Assembly: GCA_902523125.1 (NCBI GenBank)
Contig: CABYYA010000004.1
Location: 3,421 to 67,420 of the forward strand
Reading direction: 5' to 3'
Source of the DNA: an uncultured Pelagibacteraceae bacterium
Lineage (GTDB): Bacteria; Pseudomonadota; Alphaproteobacteria; Pelagibacterales; Pelagibacteraceae
Length of the DNA stretch: 64,000 bases
The notes below the pieces were generated by a model, which was not told the DNA's origin, made no database searches, and was given only the letters and a program-made list of their open reading frames with translations. The first letter of the stretch is position 1. Every line of letters begins with the position of its first letter. This document shows positions 44,873 through 52,855 of the stretch, in pieces. A program made the translations under genes and the position numbers.

Positions 44873-46766
44873 TATTTAGTATTTTATTTTCAATCAAGTC
44901 TTGTTTGATCTCATCAAGAATTGCAGGATCATCAATTGTTGGAGGCATTTTATATTCAACATTATCTGCAATTTTTCTAATTGTTCCTCTTAAAATTTTT
45001 CCAGATCTTGTTTTTGGAAGCCTTTTGATAACTATTGCAACTTTAAATGCAGCTACAGGACCAATTTTATCTCTAACCATTTGAATACATTCTTTAGAAA
45101 TTGTTTCATTGTCTTTATCAACACCAGCTTTTAAAACTACTAACCCTATTGGCAATTGTCCTTTTAATTTATCTGCAATACCAAGAACAGCGCACTCAGC
45201 TACTGATTGATGCTCAGATAAAACCTCCTCAATTGCACCAGTTGATAGCCTATGGCCAGCAACATTTATAATGTCGTCAGTCCTAGACATAATCCAGATA
45301 TAGCCATCTTCATCAATATGACCTGCATCATAAGTTTGGTAGTAACCCTCATAGTTTGACATATAATTTTCTTTGTATCTTTGATCTGCATTCCAAAGAG
45401 TTGGAAATGTACCAGGAGGTAAAGGCAATTTAACTACAATATCTCCCATTTCGTTTGGTTTAGCTAAAGTTTGATCTGACTTAATAATTTTTACATCATA
45501 ACCTGGCACTGCTTTACAGGCTGAACCATATTTTGTTTTCATCATTTCAATTCCTGTGCAATTTGAGCTTATTGCCCAACTTGTTTCAGTTTGCCACCAA
45601 TGGTCTATCACTGGAACCTTTAATAAATTTTCTGCCCATTTAATTGTATCTGGATCTGCTCTTTCACCAGCAAGAAATAAACTTTCAAAACTACTCAAAT
45701 CATATTTAGAGAAGAATTTTCCCTCAGGATCTTCTTTTTTAATTGCCCTAAATGCAGTTGGAGCTGTAAATAAAGATTTGACTTTATAATCAGAAATGAT
45801 TTTCCAGAAAGCCCCTGCATCAGGTGTGCCTACCGGTTTGCCTTCAAACAAAACGGTTGTGCACCCTTTAAACAAAGGAGCGTAAACAATGTAAGAATGA
45901 CCAACAATCCAACCGATATCGCTTGCTGACCACCAGATATCTCCTTCATCGATATTGTAAATATTTTTCATTGTCCATTTTAAAGCTACAATGTGACCTC
46001 CAATATCTCTTACAATTCCTTTTGGTGTTCCCGTTGTGCCTGAGGTATAAAGTATGTAAGCAAACTCATTTGAATTCATCTCTATACAGTCAACATCTTT
46101 TGCATCATCAAGTGCTTCATCCCAACTAATTTCAGTAGGTGCATTTAATTTGACCTCATGATCTTTTCTTTGAAATAAAATCATCTTACTTATTTTGTGA
46201 TCTGCTAGTTTGACAGCTTCATCAACTAATGGCTTGTATTCAACGGTTCTACCTGGCTCAAAACCACATGAAGCTGTGACTAGAATTTTAGCTTTGCTGT
46301 CATCTATTCTGCTTGCAAGTTCATTTGATGCAAATCCTCCAAAAACAACCGAGTGTATTGCTCCAATTCTTCCACATGCAAGCATTGCAATGACTGCTTC
46401 AGGGATCATTGGCATATAAATTATTACTCTGTCACCCTTACCAACGCCTTGATTTTTCAAAGCACCGGCAAATTTAGAAACTTTTGATCTTAATTCCTCA
46501 TATGTTAGCTTACTTTTGTTACCTGTGATGGGACTATCATAAATTAGTGCAGTTTTCTTACCTTGACCTTTATCAATATGAACATCTAATGCATTGTAGC
46601 AAGTGTTTGTAACCCCGTCTTCAAACCATTTGTAGAAAGGAGGGTTTGATTTGTTTAAAATTTCTGAGGGTTTTTTAAACCAAAATATATCATCAGATGC
46701 CTCTCTCCAGAAATTCTCTGGATCTTCAATTGATTTTCTATAAATTTCTTTGAATTTATCCGACAT
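44865..46766 (-). CDS. prpE: Propionate/short-chain acyl-CoA ligase
   Basis: YTSGTTGTPKG, DHWWQTET, GHRLS and PKTRSGK motifs. Confidence 0.85.
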   Translation of the reverse strand: MSDKFKEIYRKSIEDPENFWREASDDIFWFKKPSEILNKSNPPFYKWFEDGVTNTCYNALDVHIDKGQGKKTALIYDSPITGNKSKLTYEELRSKVSKFAGALKNQGVGKGDRVIIYMPMIPEAVIAMLACGRIGAIHSVVFGGFASNELASRIDDSKAKILVTASCGFEPGRTVEYKPLVDEAVKLADHKISKMILFQRKDHEVKLNAPTEISWDEALDDAKDVDCIEMNSNEFAYILYTSGTTGTPKGIVRDIGGHIVALKWTMKNIYNIDEGDIWWSASDIGWIVGHSYIVYAPLFKGCTTVLFEGKPVGTPDAGAFWKIISDYKVKSLFTAPTAFRAIKKEDPEGKFFSKYDLSSFESLFLAGERADPDTIKWAENLLKVPVIDHWWQTETSWAISSNCTGIEMMKTKYGSACKAVPGYDVKIIKSDQTLAKPNEMGDIVVKLPLPPGTFPTLWNADQRYKENYMSNYEGYYQTYDAGHIDEDGYIWIMSRTDDIINVAGHRLSTGAIEEVLSEHQSVAECAVLGIADKLKGQLPIGLVVLKAGVDKDNETISKECIQMVRDKIGPVAAFKVAIVIKRLPKTRSGKILRGTIRKIADNVEYKMPPTIDDPAILDEIKQDLIENKILNNG

Positions 46767-46977
46767 AATAAAGTTGATTCGTTAGTTAATTTATTGTGGT
46801 TTTTAAATCACAAATTGTATTTAATTTTAAAAAATGAGTAAAATCAATGTAAATTAATGATAATTATGTCTTCTATTAAGTGGTTTTATTTGGTATTTAA
46901 CCACAACTTTTGCTTGGGGAAGCCTAAGCTTAGTTTATATAAACTAAAGTAAAAACTAACTAAAGAGGGAGTTTTTT

Positions 46978-47754
46978 ATGAAAAAACTTAAACTGTTTGC
47001 TCTAGCAGCTTTAGCCCTAGTGGGTTATGCAGGTGTTGCTAACGCGGCAGACGCAACGATGTTGATGCAAGACGACTTTGTTGGAATATCTTTTTGGATT
47101 ATTTCAATGGGTATGTTAGCAGCTACAGCTTTCTTCTTCATGGAGAGAGGAACTGTTAACCCTGCATGGAAAACATCAGTAACTGTTGCAGGTCTTGTAA
47201 CTGGTATTGCTTTCATTCACTATATGTACATGAGAGAAGTATGGGTTGCTACAGGTGACTCACCAACAGTATACAGATATATTGACTGGTTAATTACTGT
47301 GCCATTACAGATGGTAGAATTCTACTTAATTCTAGTAGCAGTAAGAAAAGCAAATTCTGGAATGTTCTGGAGATTGTTAATCGGTTCATTAGTAATGTTA
47401 ATCGGAGGATACTTAGGAGAAGCTGGATACATCAATGCTACACTTGGTTTTGTAATCGGTATGGCTGGATGGATTTACATTCTATATGAAATATTCTCTG
47501 GTGAAGCTGGAAGAGCTGCTGCTAAAAGCGGTAACAAAGCTCTTGTAACTGCGTTCGGTGCAATGAGAATGATTGTAACTGTAGGTTGGGCTATTTATCC
47601 ATTAGGTTATGTGTTTGGTTATTTAACAGGTGGTGTAGATGCTAACTCACTAAACGTTGTTTACAACTTAGCTGACTTCATTAACAAAATTGCATTCGGT
47701 CTAGTAATCTGGGCTGCTGCAATGAGTTCAGGAGCAGGCGCGAGAGCAAGATAA
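46978..47754 (+). CDS. Proteorhodopsin, blue-absorbing type (Q105)
   Basis: Signal peptide and 7 TMs; RYIDWLITVPLQMVEF (D97, T101, Q105, E108); NLADFINK with the retinal-binding Lys; strong SD AGAGGGAG. Confidence 0.97.
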   Translation: MKKLKLFALAALALVGYAGVANAADATMLMQDDFVGISFWIISMGMLAATAFFFMERGTVNPAWKTSVTVAGLVTGIAFIHYMYMREVWVATGDSPTVYRYIDWLITVPLQMVEFYLILVAVRKANSGMFWRLLIGSLVMLIGGYLGEAGYINATLGFVIGMAGWIYILYEIFSGEAGRAAAKSGNKALVTAFGAMRMIVTVGWAIYPLGYVFGYLTGGVDANSLNVVYNLADFINKIAFGLVIWAAAMSSGAGARAR

Positions 47755-47777
47755 TTACTAAGTAATTAAAATAATTT

Positions 47778-47816
47778 TAGGGCGAGTATGTTTTGCATAC
47801 TTGCCCTATTTTTTTT
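47778..47816 (+). terminator. Rho-independent terminator after proteorhodopsin
   Basis: Stem TAGGGCGAGTATG/CATACTTGCCCTA followed by T8. Confidence 0.9.
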
Positions 47817-47827
47817 GATCCCTATAT
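47800..47827 (+). promoter_or_regulatory. Putative sigma32 (RpoH) promoter of fdx-FNR-GST
   Basis: CTTG-N17-CCTATAT, ending 8 nt before the fdx ATG. Confidence 0.6.
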
Positions 47828-47835
47828 TCAATTAA

Positions 47836-48156
47836 ATGGCAAAAATAACATACATAACTTCCGATAATCAAACTCATACAATTGAGGTGCAAAATGGTCT
47901 TACTGTTATGGAGGGAGCCGTTCAAAATGATATTCCTGGTATCGATGCAGATTGTGGTGGGGGAATGGCATGTGCAACCTGCCATGTTTATGTCAAAGAT
48001 GATTGGTTTAATAAAATCCCAAAAAAAGAAGATGGAGAAGATGATATGTTAGATATGGCATTTGAACCAAAAACAAATAGTAGGCTTAGTTGTCAAATAA
48101 TTGTTTCAGATGAATTAGATGGACTTGAAGTAAACATACCATCTAAACAAGCTTAA
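47836..48156 (+). CDS. fdx: 2Fe-2S ferredoxin (adrenodoxin type)
   Basis: [11 protein letters not shown] and SRLSCQ motifs. Confidence 0.95.
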   Translation: MAKITYITSDNQTHTIEVQNGLTVMEGAVQNDIPGIDADCGGGMACATCHVYVKDDWFNKIPKKEDGEDDMLDMAFEPKTNSRLSCQIIVSDELDGLEVNIPSKQA

Positions 48157-49173
48157 ATGAAAAAAACTGATGCATTAATTATTGGAGCAGGTCCAACAGG
48201 ACTGTTCACTGCTCATCAATTAAAATTAATCGGTTTAGATTGTGAGATAGTTGATAATTTAGATAAAATTGGAGGGCAATGTATCGAACTATATCCTGAT
48301 AAGCCAATTTACGATATACCCGCAGTACCGGAATGTACAGGAAAAGAACTTACTAATAATTTATTAAATCAGCTAAAACCTTTTGATATCAAATTTCATT
48401 TAAGTGAAAGAGTTGAAAAGGTAAAAAAAGAAGATAATAATTGGTTGGTAAAAACTAGCGGCGGTAATTCTTTTTTGACACCAAATGTAATTATTGCAGG
48501 CGGGGTTGGTTCATTTGAGCCTCGAAAATTTTCGCCAAAAGAGTGTGAAAAATTTGAGAACAAATCGTTGTTTTATTCGGTAAAAGATAAAAACATCTTC
48601 AAAGGAAAAACAGTTTCAATTTTTGGAGGAGGAGATAGCGCATTAGATTGGGCTATTGAGTTATCAAAAGAATCTAAAGTTAACTTAATACACAGACGAG
48701 ATGAATTTAGAGGTGCACAAGCTACTGTTGACAAAATGCACGCATTAGTAAAAGTCGGTAAAATAAATCTTTTTACTAAATATCAAATGGCGAATGTACA
48801 TGGGGAACAAATGATAAAAAATATTGATATCAAACATGATAATGATGAAATAAAAAACTTAAAGACTGAATATGTTTTAGGTTTTTTTGGTCTTATTATG
48901 CAACTAGGACCAATTACTAATTGGGGTCTTAATCTGAATAAAAAAACTATTGAAGTAGATACTGAAAAATTTGAGACTAATCAAAAGGGTATTTATGCAG
49001 TAGGTGATATTTGTAATTATCCTGGCAAATTAAAACTAATTTTGTCTGGGTTCCATGAAGGAGCTTTAGCAGCAAGGGCATGTTTCAAATTAGCAAGACC
49101 TAATGAAAAATATAGATTTGAATTCACAACAACTTCAACAAGCTTATTGAAAAGACTTGGAAAAAAAGAGTGA
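48157..49173 (+). CDS. TrxB-like ferredoxin-NADP+ reductase
   Basis: GAGPTG, GGQC.ELYPDKPIYD, GGGDSA and YPGKLKLI motifs; no CxxC. Confidence 0.88.
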   Translation: MKKTDALIIGAGPTGLFTAHQLKLIGLDCEIVDNLDKIGGQCIELYPDKPIYDIPAVPECTGKELTNNLLNQLKPFDIKFHLSERVEKVKKEDNNWLVKTSGGNSFLTPNVIIAGGVGSFEPRKFSPKECEKFENKSLFYSVKDKNIFKGKTVSIFGGGDSALDWAIELSKESKVNLIHRRDEFRGAQATVDKMHALVKVGKINLFTKYQMANVHGEQMIKNIDIKHDNDEIKNLKTEYVLGFFGLIMQLGPITNWGLNLNKKTIEVDTEKFETNQKGIYAVGDICNYPGKLKLILSGFHEGALAARACFKLARPNEKYRFEFTTTSTSLLKRLGKKE

Positions 49174-49799
49174 TAGATCTTTACTCAGCAAATACACCTA
49201 ATGGCAAAAAAATTAGTATTATGCTTGAGGAAATTGGATTTGATTACAAAGTAATCAAAGTTGATATTAATAATGGTGAGCAATTTAAAGGTGAGTTCAA
49301 AAAAATAAGTCCTTTAAGCAAAATTCCAGTAATTATTGATCATAAAAATAAAAAAACGCTCTTTGAGTCTGGAGCAATCTTGATTTACTTAGCTGAGTTA
49401 AGTGGAAAATTTTATAATTCTGAAGAAAGATTAGAAATCAATCAGTGGCTTATGGCCCAAATGGGTTATGTTGGGCCAATGTTAGGACAACATCATCAAT
49501 TCCATCATTATAATCCTGGAAAAAGTAAATTTGGCGAGGAAAGGTTTTTTAAAATTTCTAAACGAATATACAAAGAGTTGGACGAGAGATTATCTAAATC
49601 AAAATATTTATCAGGTGATAATTACACTATTGCAGATATTGGGACATTCCCTTGGATAGCAAGACACGAATGGCATGATATTGGCCTTAAAAATTTTAAA
49701 AATCTTACCAGATGGTACGAGGAAATATCAAAAAGAGATGGTGTAAAAAAAGGATTTGCGTTTATGGATAAAAATGAGTTTCCACCCAAACCATATTAG
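49170..49799 (+). CDS. Glutathione S-transferase (YfcG/YghU-like)
   Basis: TPNG, KIPVI, FESGAIL and YTIADI motifs. Confidence 0.9.
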   Translation: MIDLYSANTPNGKKISIMLEEIGFDYKVIKVDINNGEQFKGEFKKISPLSKIPVIIDHKNKKTLFESGAILIYLAELSGKFYNSEERLEINQWLMAQMGYVGPMLGQHHQFHHYNPGKSKFGEERFFKISKRIYKELDERLSKSKYLSGDNYTIADIGTFPWIARHEWHDIGLKNFKNLTRWYEEISKRDGVKKGFAFMDKNEFPPKPY

Positions 49800-49900
49800 T
49801 TTATTGAGCTAAGCAATCTAAACAAAGAGGCAAAAATTCCATGACCTGAAACCTCTATGGCAAGGACAATGATAATTATCAAAAGTATTTTTGTATCCAT
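49796..49900 (-). CDS. Putative 34-aa membrane microprotein
   Basis: Manual translation MDTKILLIIIIVLAIEVSGHGIFASLFRLLSSIN*; its ATG overlaps the upstream stop (TAATG). Confidence 0.55.
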   Translation of the reverse strand: MDTKILLIIIIVLAIEVSGHGIFASLFRLLSSIN

Positions 49901-50025
49901 TAACTAAATACAATAAATAACAAAATTATCCAAAACAAACCATAATAATAATATATATACTTTTTAGTAAAATAATAAGTTACTGGATTATGAACTTTTT
50001 TAGTTTTTTTCTTTTTTTTAGTCAT
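49900..50025 (-). CDS. Putative 41-aa basic, C-terminally anchored microprotein
   Basis: Manual translation MTKKKKKTKKVHNPVTYYFTKKYIYYYYGLFWIILLFIVFS*; its ATG overlaps the dksA stop (ATGACTAA). Confidence 0.5.
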   Translation of the reverse strand: MTKKKKKTKKVHNPVTYYFTKKYIYYYYGLFWIILLFIVFS

Positions 50026-50572
50026 CTGCGTGAACTTTTTCATCTTTTTCATGTTTTTCTTGAGCAGCAATTGTATACTTTGCGACTGGTCTAGCCATAA
50101 GTCTTTTTAACCCTATAGGCTCTGCAGTATCAAGACAATAACCATAAGTATCTTCTCTAATTCTTGCTAGTGCTTTGTCTATCTCTGAAATGAGTTTAAT
50201 TTGTCTATTTATAGCTTTCATTTCAACATTTTTATCAGTGTAGGAGCTCGCTTGATCTACAATATCAGCTGAAATGCTATTGTCATCTAAACTTCCATTA
50301 TATAAAGCTTCATTATTTGCTCTAACCAAATCTTTTCTCCATTCTTGTAGCTTCATTCTAAAAAACACTTTGTGTTTTTCACACATGTATTTTTCAGTAT
50401 CCTTTGGAATATAAGTCTTAGAAATTTTAATTAAGCTTTTAATTGTATCTTTAGCTTTTGCTACTGTAGTTTTAACAGGTATGATTTTAGCTGCTGTCTT
50501 AATTTTAGTTTTACCGGCAGTTTTATTCTTTGCTTTTACAACTTTTTTTTTTACTTTGTTGGTTTTAGCCAT
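50018..50572 (-). CDS. dksA: RNA polymerase-binding factor DksA with a Lys-rich N-terminal extension
   Basis: DIVDQA coiled-coil tip; YGYCLDTAEPIGLKRLMARP; start moved to ATG 50572, downstream of the promoter. Confidence 0.92.
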   Translation of the reverse strand: MAKTNKVKKKVVKAKNKTAGKTKIKTAAKIIPVKTTVAKAKDTIKSLIKISKTYIPKDTEKYMCEKHKVFFRMKLQEWRKDLVRANNEALYNGSLDDNSISADIVDQASSYTDKNVEMKAINRQIKLISEIDKALARIREDTYGYCLDTAEPIGLKRLMARPVAKYTIAAQEKHEKDEKVHADD

Positions 50573-50594
50573 ATTTTCAAATTGAATTCGAGGG

Positions 50595-50622
50595 AGTATA
50601 TTCAGCAAAATATTGCTGTCAA
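50595..50622 (-). promoter_or_regulatory. sigma70 promoter of dksA
   Basis: TTGACA-N16-TATACT on the minus strand, followed by a CCCTCG discriminator. Confidence 0.7.
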
Positions 50623-50651
50623 GCAACCTTAATTATTGTAATTATTAAGTT

Positions 50652-51971
50652 ATGATCAGTTTAAACAGAAATATAAATAATATATTTTTTATTTTTGCTC
50701 TATCACATTTATTAATTTGGACTGTTGTTCCAACAATAACAAATAAAAATTTACCCTTAGATGTGATAGAAGCATTAGCATGGGGTAGTAATCTAGATTG
50801 GGGTTTTAATAAACATCCACCGGGTAGCGCATTTTTTCCAGAAGTTTTTTTTCAGATTTTCGGCGCTCAAGATTGGGCATATTATTTTTTAAGTTCTTTA
50901 TTTGTAGTTATTTCTTTTTATTTTGTTTTTAAAGTTGCTGATGAGATTTTATCTAGCAAATTATTAGGTCTTTTTTCTGTTTTAATTTTAGAGGCAATCT
51001 ATTTCTATAATTTTACAACACCCGAGTTTAATGTAAATGTATGCCAGCTCCCATTTTGGTCTTTAGTTGTTTATTTTTCGTGGAAAATTTACTCTTCAAA
51101 AGAGATAAGATTATTGGATTGTTTATTAATCGGTCTATTTAGTGCAATAGGATTTTTATCAAAGTATTTATTTGTTTATCTATTAGCATCAATCTTTTTA
51201 CTTTTTATGTATTTAGTATTAATTAAAAAAGATAGAAAATTTGATTTCAAATATTTTATCACTTTAGAAGTTTTTTTAATTTTATTAATTCCTCATTTTA
51301 TATGGTTATATGGTAATGATTTTATCACAATTTTTTATGGCTTAAAAAGAACTGGTGTAGAACTAAGTTTATTAAATCATTTTGAACAGCCAATATTTTT
51401 CTTACTCAAACAAGTAGGAACACTTCTCCCGTTTTTCTTTTTGATTTGGTTATTGGTAAAAAAAATTAAATTTAAGTTTGATATTAAAGATAAAAAGTTA
51501 CTTTTTTTATTAGCCATAAACCTATTACCAATTTTATTGATTTTTATTACTTCAGTAATAATGGGTTCTAAAATCAGAACTATGTGGATGACACCCTTTT
51601 ATTTATATTTTGGAGTAATTTTTATTTATCTTTTGAAATCACAAATTAATGTTAAAAGATCGAATTCTTTTTTATTGGGATTTTTGTTTCTATTTTTTTT
51701 GTCTCCAATTATTTATTCTTACGTATCAATTTCTCAAACAGATAAAAGAACTGATTATCCTGGAAAAGAGATTGCATCTAAAGTTCAATTAATTTGGAGT
51801 AAAGATTTTAATGGTCAAATTCAATTCGTGACTGGAGACGAATGGAAAGCTGGAAATTTATCGTATCACTTAAAATCACGACCAGTTTGGGAAGGAACTA
51901 CCAATACTGAGATATTGAAAAATGCATCACAATTTATTTGTGTTGAAGATGTTTGTTTGGGAAGATACTAA
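50652..51971 (+). CDS. GT-C fold integral membrane glycosyltransferase (GT39/ArnT-like)
   Basis: Many TMs; D..E...WG...DWGFNKHPP and LSKY motifs. Confidence 0.8.
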   Translation: MISLNRNINNIFFIFALSHLLIWTVVPTITNKNLPLDVIEALAWGSNLDWGFNKHPPGSAFFPEVFFQIFGAQDWAYYFLSSLFVVISFYFVFKVADEILSSKLLGLFSVLILEAIYFYNFTTPEFNVNVCQLPFWSLVVYFSWKIYSSKEIRLLDCLLIGLFSAIGFLSKYLFVYLLASIFLLFMYLVLIKKDRKFDFKYFITLEVFLILLIPHFIWLYGNDFITIFYGLKRTGVELSLLNHFEQPIFFLLKQVGTLLPFFFLIWLLVKKIKFKFDIKDKKLLFLLAINLLPILLIFITSVIMGSKIRTMWMTPFYLYFGVIFIYLLKSQINVKRSNSFLLGFLFLFFLSPIIYSYVSISQTDKRTDYPGKEIASKVQLIWSKDFNGQIQFVTGDEWKAGNLSYHLKSRPVWEGTTNTEILKNASQFICVEDVCLGRY

Positions 51972-51985
51972 AATAGGATTATATT

Positions 51986-52855
51986 ATGAAAATAATAATT
52001 TTGACCCCAGTATATAATGACTGGCAATCGGTATATAAATTAACCGATGAAATTAATAGCTTATCATTAAACCAAGATTTTGAAATTTTAGTTTACATAA
52101 TTAATGATTATTCAAATCATGATCGTCCGGACTTTGAAAAAAAATTAGAAAATATAAATTCTATAAAAATTTTTAATATGAAAAAAAATCAAGGACATGC
52201 AAGATGTATTGCCACCGGTTTAAGATATATTTTTGAAAAAGATAATTTTGATTATGTCATTCCAATGGACGGCGATGGGGAAGATAGACCTGAAGAAATT
52301 AAACTTTTTTTGGATCAAATAAAAAAATCACAAGATAAACCTATTGTGGGAGAAAGAATTAAAAGATCAGAAAAAATGATATTTAAGATTTGTTACCAGA
52401 TGCATAAATTTATCACATTAGTATTTACAAGCAAGTCAATTAAGTTTGGAAATTATACCTGTTTACCAAGATCATTTGTTGAGAAAATGATTAATGAAAA
52501 AGCTACTTGGAATAGTTTCTCGGGTTCTTTAAAAAAAATTGAAAATGATTTAATTTCTATTCCCTCTATTAGAGGTAACAGATATTTTGGACCATCTAAA
52601 ATGAGTTTTATCAATTTAATTCAACACTCACTTTCAATTATTAGTGTTTTTAGAAAAACCTTTTTAATTCGTTCAGCATTATTTATAATAATTTATATTT
52701 TGATGATTAAAAGTAATGCATCTATAATCACTGCAATACCTCTTATTTTTTTATTAATAGCTGTTTATTCTGTGTCAAATTTGGCATTAAGAGAAAACAT
52801 GAAGGAATTTAAAAATTGTTTAAGTCAAATAAACGATATCGAGAATATTAAATGA
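51986..52855 (+). CDS. GT2 polyprenol-phosphate glycosyltransferase (GtrB/ArnC-like)
   Basis: PVYND, NDYS, NQGH and MDGDGED motifs; two C-terminal TMs. Confidence 0.85.
   Translation: MKIIILTPVYNDWQSVYKLTDEINSLSLNQDFEILVYIINDYSNHDRPDFEKKLENINSIKIFNMKKNQGHARCIATGLRYIFEKDNFDYVIPMDGDGEDRPEEIKLFLDQIKKSQDKPIVGERIKRSEKMIFKICYQMHKFITLVFTSKSIKFGNYTCLPRSFVEKMINEKATWNSFSGSLKKIENDLISIPSIRGNRYFGPSKMSFINLIQHSLSIISVFRKTFLIRSALFIIIYILMIKSNASIITAIPLIFLLIAVYSVSNLALRENMKEFKNCLSQINDIENIK

Noticed and set aside
46794-46813. CRP/FNR site upstream of prpE
   Set aside because: The half-sites TGTGG and TCACA are 8 bp apart rather than 6. Reported only as an unassigned inverted repeat.
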